From Acidobacteriota bacterium (GTDB lineage Bacteria > Acidobacteriota > UBA890 > WLXD01), in contig CAXWPL010000005.1 in assembly GCA_963666215.2 (NCBI GenBank), forward strand, positions 896,001 through 960,000: DNA of 64,000 bases, read 5' to 3'. The position numbers and the translations under genes are program-made. Position 1 is the first letter of the stretch. Each line of letters opens with the position of its first letter. The notes under the pieces are model-generated. The model did not search any database and was not told the origin of the DNA. It saw only the letters and a list, made by a program, of their open reading frames with translations. This document shows, piece by piece, positions 20,139 through 29,568 of this stretch.

Positions 20139-21917
20139 CTACTGGATCTCGGGTCGCAGATCCAGCAGGTGCCGGGCTTCTTCGGCGACCAGGTCGCCGC
20201 GCGCAGTGGCCTGGTAAAGCTCCCGTAGCTCGGCATGGATCCACGGGCTTGCCGGCCACTCATCGTGCAGCTCTCGGAGGATCGGCTCGGCGCGCCCCAC
20301 GTCTCCGACGCCGCCGCGCCGGTACAACGAGCGCGCCAAGATCCGGCGGCCGAAGAACCCGTCTGGCTCCAGCGCGACCAGCAACTCGCTCGCGTCGACC
20401 GCATCGTCGAATCGCTCCTGATCGAGGAGCACGTCGATGACCTTGCTGTGCGTCGCGGGCAAATACCAGTCGAGCCGCTGCGCCTCGCGCGCCGTGGCAA
20501 GCGCGTCGGCCAACGCGCCGTCCTCCTGCTGCGACCCTGCGAGCGCCAGATAGCCCCACAGCGCACGCGGGTCGAGCTCGACAGCTCGGGCATGGGCGAG
20601 CCGCTCGGCCTCGTGGTCCCCGCGCAGATGATCAATCAATCCACTGGCCACGTGTACCAAGGGATCGGCCGGATCGGTCAGCAAGGCCTCATCCATCTCC
20701 GAGCGGGCGGCCGGCAACTCGTCCATGGTGATAAACTCCCACCTCACGCCTTCGGCGCGAAATCCGATCTTCGCCGCTCGAGCTCGCGCGCACTGCGGAT
20801 CGAGTGTCAGCGCGCGATCGAGAAGCTCCTCGGCCACGGCAACGTCGTTGAGGTCCTGCTGTGCCGCGCCCTGCAGGAGCTGCGCGGCGCGGACCAGCGC
20901 GAGTGTGCCTTCGCGGCTCGTCGTGCCGCGAATCTCCGAGTCGGGACCTACCAGATCAAGCAGGTGGCTGAGACGAGTGAAGACGCTGCGCGCCAGCTCG
21001 GGGAGCCGCAGCTGAGGCTCCGGTATGCGCCAGTCTCCGCGCCAAAGATTGCCGTCGATGGCGTCAACGCTGACAACGATCTCGACAGCAGCCCCGTCCC
21101 GACGAATGCGGCCTCCGACAGTAGCGTCGGCAACAACCGACTCACCACGATCTAGACGCGCTGCCGCGCCGTCGACAACGAGTGCCAACGTGGTCTCGTT
21201 AGCGAGCTGCTCGACAATCAGGTCCGATAGCCGCTGGGCGAGCTCGTTGGACACCCCTTGCCTATCGAGCGGCTCCACCCGCAGTCGTCGCAGGCGAATC
21301 GGCTCTTCGAGCGTCTCGGCTCCTTCGCCGGTGGAGCCTGGAAATCCGCCGTCTCCGGCCCACCAGGCCAGCGCGAAGATGGCGACGGCTCCAATCCCTA
21401 CGAGCAGCCCAGACCGACGCACTCGAGCTCCGCGGACTACAACCGGAGTCGTGGCAAGCAAGGGCTCGGCATTCGGGCCGGGGGCGTTGCCGGCCTGCTG
21501 GTCGCCTCTCGCCGCCGTATCCGGCCGACCTGCGAGGCTCGCCCGCCGATCCACCTCTGGCGCCAGATCGGCGACAAACCGATAGCCGCGCCGCGGCAGC
21601 GTTTGGATAAAGCGCGGGTCGTTCGGATCGTCGCCGAGCGCCTGGCGGATCACGCTGATCGCTTTGGTGAGCGAGTCCTCGGCGACGAACGCGTCGCCCC
21701 ACGCTTCGAGCAGGTCCTCCTTGGTCAACACCGCGCCGGGCCGTTGCAGGAAGAGCTCCAAGACCATGCTCGCCCGTACCGGCAGGACGATCTCCCGGGG
21801 GCCGCTGTACAGCAGCCCTGATCCCCATTCGTAGCGGAAGCCCCCGAACGACGTGGTGCGCGGGCTGTGGGGCAGAAGGTCGCTGTCCGGCGTTTCCGAC
21901 TCTGACATCGAAGCCAA
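20139..21917 (-). CDS. CadC/ToxR-like membrane-anchored regulator (wHTH, TM, TolB-N-like, TPR)
   Basis: VLTKEDLLEAW, SLTKAISVIRQALGDD...FIQTLPRRGYRF; single TM; TPR-like repeats. Confidence 0.88.
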   Translation of the reverse strand: MASMSESETPDSDLLPHSPRTTSFGGFRYEWGSGLLYSGPREIVLPVRASMVLELFLQRPGAVLTKEDLLEAWGDAFVAEDSLTKAISVIRQALGDDPNDPRFIQTLPRRGYRFVADLAPEVDRRASLAGRPDTAARGDQQAGNAPGPNAEPLLATTPVVVRGARVRRSGLLVGIGAVAIFALAWWAGDGGFPGSTGEGAETLEEPIRLRRLRVEPLDRQGVSNELAQRLSDLIVEQLANETTLALVVDGAAARLDRGESVVADATVGGRIRRDGAAVEIVVSVDAIDGNLWRGDWRIPEPQLRLPELARSVFTRLSHLLDLVGPDSEIRGTTSREGTLALVRAAQLLQGAAQQDLNDVAVAEELLDRALTLDPQCARARAAKIGFRAEGVRWEFITMDELPAARSEMDEALLTDPADPLVHVASGLIDHLRGDHEAERLAHARAVELDPRALWGYLALAGSQQEDGALADALATAREAQRLDWYLPATHSKVIDVLLDQERFDDAVDASELLVALEPDGFFGRRILARSLYRRGGVGDVGRAEPILRELHDEWPASPWIHAELRELYQATARGDLVAEEARHLLDLRPEIQ

Positions 21918-22259
21918 CGCGCGGCACGGGGTTGCGGCCTGACTCGAGCTCCTGGCCCCGGTTACCGCATCTCCAGTTGCCTCGCCAGAGGTCGGCTGAC
22001 GCCGCGATTCAGCTTTTGTTCAGCGAGCTTTCAGCGATTCGTCGGGCCGCTCTCAGGACTCCTTCGTCGCGCGCGGCAACGATCTCCTGCATGCGGAAGA
22101 CAGTCCATGGGTCCCAAACAAGCACACCCGGTCGGTTGGCGACGCCAGCGTACGGGACCACGCGTTCTTGTTCAACGGGATCTTCACAGCACACGTGGCG
22201 ACCCTCGCCGTCTTCCACCCGCGTTGACTCAGGGTCGTCCCAAGCGCAGGAGAAGCGTT

Positions 22260-23633
22260 ATGTCTCGCAACACTTTGTTTCGCGTCTTGTCTTTGGTCAT
22301 GCTCGTAGCCGCGGCGCCGCCGGCGGCCAACGCCGCACAGGAGCCCTCGAACACACTCGCCACGACCGTCAGCACTGGGGAGCTGGAGGAGGGCGACACG
22401 GTCCTGCTGACCGAGGCTCGGCCCGACGGCTCCTCCTCTGAAAGGAAAGAGGCGCGATTTCTACGCTATGCGAGCGGCAACCTCTTCGTCCTGGTGGACG
22501 AGCAAACCGTCGAGGTACCTGAGGCACGCATTCTGCGGGTCAAAAAGAAGTACAACGACCCGCTCACCAACTCCCTGCTCATCGGTGCCGGGATCATCGG
22601 CGCTGGGTACGTGCTCGGAGCCATCGATGACGCCGGCTGCACCGGCTTGTGCTTCGGCCCCGGATTCACCCTGGTCTTGACCGTGCCCGTGGCGCTGCTC
22701 GCGGTGATCAGCGACCTGGTGCACCGCGGCGAGAAGACCGTGTTCGTGGCCATGTTCGGTCTGTTCGCGGCGTTCGGTTGGCTGCTGCTCGGCGGCCTCG
22801 GTGGAGTGCTTTGGCTCGGTTCGATCGGCCTGCTTTCTGCCGCCCTGGGGGCGCGAGCGTCTCCTCATCTGCTCCTCCGTGCGTACCGGGCCGAGCCGAT
22901 AGCGCCGGCTAGAGCGCCTGGTCTGTTCCGTATTCTCGAGACGCTCGCCGAGCGCGCCGGTCTGCCGGGTGCGCCGCGTCCGTACTACGTCCCGAGCAAC
23001 ATGATCAACGCGTTCGCGGTCGGGTCACGCAGCAACTCCGCAATCGGTATCACCGACGGCCTGTTGCGCGGCTTGCAGCCGCGCGAGATGCAGGCGGTCC
23101 TGGCGCACGAGATCGCGCATGTTGCGAACAACGACGCCTGGGTGCTCGGTCTGGCCGACGTCTTTACTCGTATGGTCAACGTGTTGTCGCGGGTCGGGCA
23201 GCTCATGCTCCTCATCCAGCTGCCGGCCATCCTGCTCGGCAGGCGGCCTCCGTTCTCCTTCGAGCTCTTGTTGCTCATGATCCTGGCGCCGGCGATGAGC
23301 GCGCTGCTGCAGCTGGCGCTGTCGCGCACGCGCGAGTTCGACGCCGACCTCGGCGGTGCCCGACTGACGGGCGATCCCCGCGGGCTTGCAACGGCGCTGC
23401 ACCGCATGGACCAGATGCAAGGCGGCCTCTTCGAGCACCTGCTTCGACCGGGCCGCAACGTCCCCGACCCGTCGCTGCTGCGCACGCATCCACCGACTGC
23501 GGAGCGCGTGCGTCGTCTGCTCGCAATCGAGCAGGAGCTGAAACCCCTCGCCCCTCCGGTGGCGCAGATCGCGCAACTGCGATCGCGGCCACAGGAGCGG
23601 CCGCGCTGGCGCTGGTGGGGGAACTGGTACTGA
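22260..23633 (+). CDS. HtpX-like M48 metalloprotease with an unrelated secreted/membrane N-terminus (probable chimera)
   Basis: NAFAVG, AVLAHEIAH, LSRTREFDAD, LRTHPPT..RV; the first ~165 aa are not HtpX-like. Confidence 0.8.
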   Translation: MSRNTLFRVLSLVMLVAAAPPAANAAQEPSNTLATTVSTGELEEGDTVLLTEARPDGSSSERKEARFLRYASGNLFVLVDEQTVEVPEARILRVKKKYNDPLTNSLLIGAGIIGAGYVLGAIDDAGCTGLCFGPGFTLVLTVPVALLAVISDLVHRGEKTVFVAMFGLFAAFGWLLLGGLGGVLWLGSIGLLSAALGARASPHLLLRAYRAEPIAPARAPGLFRILETLAERAGLPGAPRPYYVPSNMINAFAVGSRSNSAIGITDGLLRGLQPREMQAVLAHEIAHVANNDAWVLGLADVFTRMVNVLSRVGQLMLLIQLPAILLGRRPPFSFELLLLMILAPAMSALLQLALSRTREFDADLGGARLTGDPRGLATALHRMDQMQGGLFEHLLRPGRNVPDPSLLRTHPPTAERVRRLLAIEQELKPLAPPVAQIAQLRSRPQERPRWRWWGNWY

Positions 23634-23648
23634 CGGTAAGCGGTAAAC

Positions 23649-23816
23649 ATGAGACACGAGAGGGTTGACCGCGGACACGTCTTCGGCGTTGCCCAGCGGG
23701 TGCTCGACGATCTGGAGCTCCACGGCTCGGCGCTCGTCGCGCGTCCCGAGGGCTCGACGACGAGCACCGACGGCAACCGCTGGCGCCTACGGCTCGAGGC
23801 CACGTTCGCCCTGTAA
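23649..23816 (+). CDS. 55-aa ORF or remnant ending in a beta-barrel-like terminal strand
   Basis: ATG 23649 to TAA 23816; ends RWRLRLEATFAL. Confidence 0.3.
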   Translation: MRHERVDRGHVFGVAQRVLDDLELHGSALVARPEGSTTSTDGNRWRLRLEATFAL

Positions 23817-23834
23817 GCCGAGGGGAGCTGGCGG

Positions 23835-26687
23835 CTAGTGAGCCGCCGAGGCCGCCTGCCCGGCAAGGCGCTCGAAGCTCTCGGCGGTGGCCGCCGACCA
23901 GCCGCCAATCACCTGCATCACACGGCCCGTGTCGTCGAGCAGTACCGACAGCGGAACGCTGATCCGGCCGCCGACGTACAGATCGGCGACGGCCTGGTCT
24001 TGGCTGACATAAATCGGGTACCGCGCACCGATCTGTTCGACGTAGCCGGCCACGGCGCCGAGTGTCTGGGTATCTATGCTGACGCCGACCAGATCAATGC
24101 CCTGTGCGTCGAAGCTGGACTGCAGACCTTGCAACTCGGGCATCTCGAGTCGGCAGGGCACACACCACGTGGCCCAAAGGTTCACCAGCAGCCGCCGGCC
24201 CGGAGACAACAGCTGACGAAGCGACGCCGGGTCGGGCCCGGCGAGCTTCGCGCCATCCGGGATCTGCTCCTTCGTGAGCATCTGAAGGTCGGGGAACACC
24301 TCGCCAGGCCGGAAAGTCAGGCTGGTCAACAACCGCTCTTCGCTTGAGAGCGGGTCCACCAGCGAGAACCGGCTCTCTGCCACCAGCGAGTTGCGGCCAC
24401 CCTCGGTGATCTCGAGCGTCGTTCCCGCCGGAATCCCCGACCGCCACGACCCTGGCAACCGCGACACGCGCTGCTGGGCGCCGCTCGGCCAGGCAACCTC
24501 TATCCACTCCGCCCCCGAGCTGTCGCCAAGACCGAACAGCAACCGCGGATCGTTCTGCGCCAGGAAGCCCGACCCCGCCGATTTCACCGCGGTCTGAATC
24601 CCAGCCGCCGTCTTGACGCGCACCACGGCACCGAAGGCGTCGAGGCCGCTGGCGGCGCCAATCAGGCGAACGCGCACGAAGCCGCGATCGCTGCCAACGT
24701 TGTTGCGGAACAGCTCGTGCCCGTCGCGCTGCAGCGAGACCAGCACGATGTCGGTGTCGCCGTCGTTGTCGAAATCGGCGAAGGCGGCTCCACGCCCGTC
24801 GCCGATTGAATCGAGGCCCGACACGCCGGAGATGTCGATGAGGCGTTCGCCTCGATCGCTCATCCCGAGGTAGTCGCGCTCATAGCCGCTGAACGACATG
24901 CCTTCCTTGAAGATCGCCGCCATGTGATTGTCGGCGTACTCGGCGTTGCCCGCCTCCTCGATTTCTGCCTGGGCAGCCACAACGTGGCGCCAGAAGGTGC
25001 TTCACGTGTCGTCCATCGTCTTGCCCGAGATGAAGCCATTGGGCGTGTAGACGTCCTGCCATCCGTCGTTGTCGAAATCGAAGAAGCCGCCGCCCCAAGC
25101 CCAGCCGGCCGATATGCCGCCGAGATCTTGTGTGGCGTCGGTGAAGCCGCCCTCGCCGTCGCCGCGGTAAATCGAGTTGCCCGAGGCGAGCTTCTTGAGG
25201 AGCTCCGTGTCGGAGGTCGCACCGGGCAACAGGCGGCTGAGGATCCGGTTGCCGGCGGTCGACGACATGTTGGAGACGTGCAGGTCGAGGCTGCCGTCGT
25301 TGTCGAAGTCGCCAAATGACACGCCCATCCCGTTGCCCGGGTCGAGCACGCCACGCTCGGCCGCCACGTCCCGAAAACGGCCGCCCTCGTTGAGGTACAG
25401 GCCGTTCTCGCCGAAATCGTTGGCCACGTACAGGTCCTGGTCGGCATCACCGTCGATGTCGGCGAACGCCGCAGCATAGCTCCAGCGGCCGTCGCGCACT
25501 CCCCACTCGGAGCCAGCCTCCCGAAACCGCAGGTCTCCCTGGTTGATGAACAGCAGGTTCGGGGTGCCGTTGGTCGCTTGGTGCCAGGAGTTGGGCATCA
25601 CCAGGCCGTAGCGATTGTAGGAGGCCACGTAGACATCGCCGAGCCCGTCGCTATTGACATCGGCAACGGCAACGCTGAAGCCAACCGCGTCGCGATCGAC
25701 ACCGGCGCGCAGCGACACATCAAAAAACCGCAGCGCGCCGTCTGGAATCAAACGGTTCTCGAGAAACATCTGACCACCGACCGAGGCCATGAACAGGTCC
25801 TGGTCACCGTCGTTGTCGGCATCGAAGAAAACGGCGCCGGTCGCCGGCGGAGTGAATCCGAGCAGTGACGACTCCGAGACGTCGACGAAGCCACCGTCGC
25901 CGTCGTTCAAGTACAGGACGTTGCGCTCGACACCCGTGGTCAGGAGGTCGACAAGCCCGTCGTTGTCGACGTCGGCAACAGCAGGACCGTGGGCGATGAC
26001 CGTGTCGTTAGGCGCTGTCCCGAAGTTGGGGAAATGGGTGCCGACGCCCGCGGGTAGGGCGACCTCGTCGAACAGGTCGCGCTCGGCCAGCGTCGAGCGC
26101 ATCGATTCGATGTCAACACGCTCGATCTGCCAGCGGCCCTCCCCCACTCCGCGGGCGGTCATTCGCAGCCATGCCACCATCCATTCGCGTCGGCCCCTTC
26201 CATCCCGGCCAACGATCTTGAACTCGACCCGAGCGGTCCCCAGCTCGTTGTCACCAGGCTCGAACATCGACTCCTTCACCTTGAAGCGCGCATCTTCAAT
26301 GGTGCCGAAGTGAGCCAGGATCGCGCCGAAACGATCGAGAAAGTCGTCACGACCTAGCGCCACCGCGGTCGGCTCGAGTGTCCAGTCGTGGCTCCAGAGC
26401 CAGTCGCGCTGTTGCTCCGGCTCCGCTGGCGCGCCTGGCAGCATCGGACTGACGATGGTATCGGCCCAATGCGACGCGATACGGGCCGCGTCGCGATCCC
26501 GTGTGGCCACCGACAACTCGAGCAGATCGTTAGCGAGCGACTCCGAGAGGTTCTCTAGCCTCTCGAGCGCAGCGCGATCGAGGTCTTGTGACGCGCTCGC
26601 TCCGATGAGCGTCGTCAGCGCCAGAAACGCACCGAGAGCAGCCGCTGGTCGTCGTAGCAATGGGTACCCCAAGCGAGCCCGACTCAT
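23835..26687 (-). CDS. Candidate selenoprotein: signal peptide, NTF2-like domain, FG-GAP propeller, ASPIC/UnbV (CRTAC1-like) and TlpA thioredoxin, with an in-frame TGA at 25002-25004
   Basis: ORFs 25002-26861 and 23835-24980 are in the same frame, reading GKTMDDT-TGA-STFWRHVVAAQ; DxDxDGxxD repeats on both sides; GFLAQND.RLLFGLG; C-terminal NLWATWCVPC. Confidence 0.75.
24969..24993 (-). promoter_or_regulatory. Putative bacterial SECIS hairpin
   Basis: mRNA CUG-GC-GCCAC-GUU-GUGGC-U-GC-C-CAG; the apical loop starts with GU 18 nt after the UGA. Confidence 0.6.
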
Positions 26688-26862
26688 GCCCACATCCTGG
26701 CGGGGAGCTTGATTCGTTCCATAATGAGGATAAGCATATCTTGTATTCCACTTATGCGACAACAAACCCAACGCTTGGTGACCGCGTCGCCGTGAGCCGG
26801 CAAGCGGATTCTCGCAGATCGGCACCTTACTCGGGACCCACCTTGCGGGCAACGCCGCCATC

Positions 26863-27567
26863 CTACGCCTTGCTCCGCGTCGCGACAGGATGAGTCAAGG
26901 CGTAACGCCCGTCGGTGTTGTCTGTTTCTTCCTCCCATCGGCTGTTGATCTCGTCGAACTCGACGAGCGCAATCGATAACTCGCTGGCGATCCAGCCGAG
27001 AGTCCAGTCGAAGCTCGCCAGGCCGCAGCGATCGGCGCGTGCCGCCAGCACGTCCCAGTAGCGTGACTCGCCGCGGCGCCGATCCGGATGCCGCAGGGCA
27101 GGCTCGTCCAGAAGGCCGGACTCGAGGATGCGCCGGACGCTCCCGCGGGTGATGCCAAGGCCACCGCCTTGGATCGAAACCTCGGGCATCCGACCCTGCA
27201 GCGTCCCGAAGATCGACTCTCCGGCAGGCAGGCGATGAAAACGTCGCTGCACCACGCTGTCGGGGTCGATCTTCACCAGATAGTCGGTCGGGCGTTCTTC
27301 GAACAGCACGAGCATGCGCTTCACGGCAGCGCCGCCATGCTCAACGGGCAGAAGGCGATCCTCGAGGTGGAGCTCCACACCGAAGCGGTCGGGGAAGGTC
27401 GACAGGAGGGGGTCGCGGTCGCCATCTGAGCGCACGATCACGCGGGCGTCCGGGTAGCAGGCTCGCAGCTCGCCCAAACAGCGCACCGCCTGCCGGGCGT
27501 CGCGGTGGACCGCCATGAACCAGCACAGATCTTGGTCCACGTAGGAGCGGGTCACGGTCGGACTCAC
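26863..27567 (-). CDS. Glycosyltransferase-like hypothetical protein
   Basis: YLVKIDPD (DxD-like) and SIQGGGLGITR resemble GT-A/galactosyltransferase motifs. Confidence 0.5.
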   Translation of the reverse strand: MSPTVTRSYVDQDLCWFMAVHRDARQAVRCLGELRACYPDARVIVRSDGDRDPLLSTFPDRFGVELHLEDRLLPVEHGGAAVKRMLVLFEERPTDYLVKIDPDSVVQRRFHRLPAGESIFGTLQGRMPEVSIQGGGLGITRGSVRRILESGLLDEPALRHPDRRRGESRYWDVLAARADRCGLASFDWTLGWIASELSIALVEFDEINSRWEEETDNTDGRYALTHPVATRSKA

Positions 27568-27699
27568 GGGCGAGAGGGAGGCATCGACGGCGAGCTGTGG
27601 CGTTACCGACGAGCACCTATCCTGCCAGTGTGCGCCTGGTGTCGCCTACTCTCGTGGCGCCCAAAAGGGCACGATCGCCGTCAAGAAGGGTGTGAACAC

Positions 27700-28722
27700 C
27701 CCCCGTTAACGCTTTCCGCGCGGTTCAACTTCCTGCCGTTCGCCGACAACGAAGCTCAACAGGGCATCGAGATCGAAGACAAGCCGGCGCCCGACGGCAC
27801 CTACCGCATGGCTCATCTACGCGCCGTCGACGACGGGTTTTTCCGCACGCTCGGCATCCAGATGCTGGCCGGCAGGCCGCTCGAGCGCGCCGATATGCTG
27901 CCCGGCGTCCCACCGCCGGGCTCCACGGCCCCGGGCGCGGTGGGGGATAGCGCGGTCGCCGCGTCCTCACGGGGGCCGGTCGAGAGCGACCCGGTGAGCG
28001 TGGCCGTGGTCAATCAAACGCTGGCCGAGCGCTACTGGCCCAACGGCGACGCCATCGGCGCACGCTTCCGGGCCGGCGGCGACACGCTGTACCGCGTCGT
28101 CGGGATCGCCCCGGTCCTCAAGTGGCACGGCTTCGACGAGGAGCCGGTGGCCCGCTTCTACATCCCCTACACCGACGATCCGTCGCCACGCGCGGTTTCC
28201 TGCTGCACACCGAGGGCGACCCGCTAGCGCTCGCTCAGAGCGTGCGCCAAGCCGTCCAGCAGCTGGAACCCGACCAGTCCGTCTACGACATCCAGACGAT
28301 GTCGCAACGGCTGCACACGTCGGTGGCGGCCACCCGATTCTCGCTGATGACGCTGATGTCATTCGCGGCGCTCGCCCTGGCGCTCGCCGTGGTCGGAACG
28401 TACGCGGTTTTCTCCTGGCTCGTCAGCCGTCGTTCGGCCGAGATCGGCATCCGCATGGCACTCGGCGCCCGAGCCAGTCAGGTGCAGCGCCTGATGCTCG
28501 GGCAAACCGTTTTCCTTGCTGCGCTCGGCGCCGGGCTCGCCATCTTGGGGTCGCGCCTACTCGCGGGCGTGGTCCTCGAGCTACCTGTTCGAGGTAACTC
28601 CGGGCAACCCGCTCGTGCTCGCGTCGGTAACCGGCCTGCTCGTTGGCGCTGCAGTGCTGGCCACCTGGGCGCCGGCACGCCGCGCGGCGAGTATCGAGCC
28701 GGCCATCGCGCTACGCGACTGA
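27700..28722 (+). pseudogene. C-terminal fragment of an ADOP/MacB-type permease, frameshifted near 28195
   Basis: FFRTLGIQMLAGR, VAVVNQTLAERYWP, EIGIRMALGA, PARRAASIEPAIALRD spread over three frames; N-terminal half absent. Confidence 0.8.
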
Positions 28723-28827
28723 CGGCGGCCGAGTCGGGAGCGTGCTGGTTGGCGGTCGCAATCGAGCGCCGCCCGGCCCACGACACTTCCCCCACGGGCC
28801 GCTGACGTCGTCGCCAGCGGTCTCGGG

Positions 28828-29568
28828 CTACGACAGAAGCTTCTCGCGTTGTTCCATGCGTCGCAGCCCGAGGAAGGCGAACAGGCAACCAATCGCGAAG
28901 ATCCCCAGGCGATTGAGCAGCACGCGCTCGAGCCAGTAGGGGTTGTTGGTGCCGAGCGGCGGCCTGAACGGGTCGAGGAACAACCAGAAGCTCGTCTCCG
29001 CCAGGAGCTCCGCGCTCAGCAGCACCACGAACAACGACGCCGAGGCAAGCATCGCCGCGGTGTTGGCGCCGCGCACGTACACCGAGTACATGAAGGTCAG
29101 GTTGGCGACGAGGAAGGCGGGCAGGAAAGCGTTCAGCGCCACGCGTACGAAGGGGAACTCGGCGAAGAAGAAGTAGCCTACCGTACTGATCACCAGAAGG
29201 GTGGCGACAAGCACGGCGTAGAGCGCCAGCAGGCGCACCATCCAAATCGCGTAGTGCGCGCTCGCGGTGCCGAAGAGGGTTTCGAGAGTCTGATGGTCGC
29301 GCTCCCTGGCGAGCAGATCCATCGTCAGGTAAATCGCCAGCACGGTGCCAGGGATCTCGACCAGGATGATGCGCGCGTCACTGGCGTTGAATCCCTCGCT
29401 GGGATCGTAGACGACGATGGCGTAGAGAATCGCGTAGTAGATCAGCAGACCTATCGACATGAACAAGGGCTTGCGCCGGAAAGAGATACGGAAGCTCAGC
29501 CGCGCCAGACGCCAGGTGCTCCGCAGCACCTCGCCCCAGCTCAGCAGCCTGGCCTCTGTGGTGCTCAC
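28828..29568 (-). CDS. ABC-2-like membrane permease
   Basis: About 6 TM segments; DLLARERDHQTLETLF is an ABC-2 cytoplasmic loop pattern; GTGA overlap with the upstream gene. Confidence 0.7.
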   Translation of the reverse strand: MSTTEARLLSWGEVLRSTWRLARLSFRISFRRKPLFMSIGLLIYYAILYAIVVYDPSEGFNASDARIILVEIPGTVLAIYLTMDLLARERDHQTLETLFGTASAHYAIWMVRLLALYAVLVATLLVISTVGYFFFAEFPFVRVALNAFLPAFLVANLTFMYSVYVRGANTAAMLASASLFVVLLSAELLAETSFWLFLDPFRPPLGTNNPYWLERVLLNRLGIFAIGCLFAFLGLRRMEQREKLLS

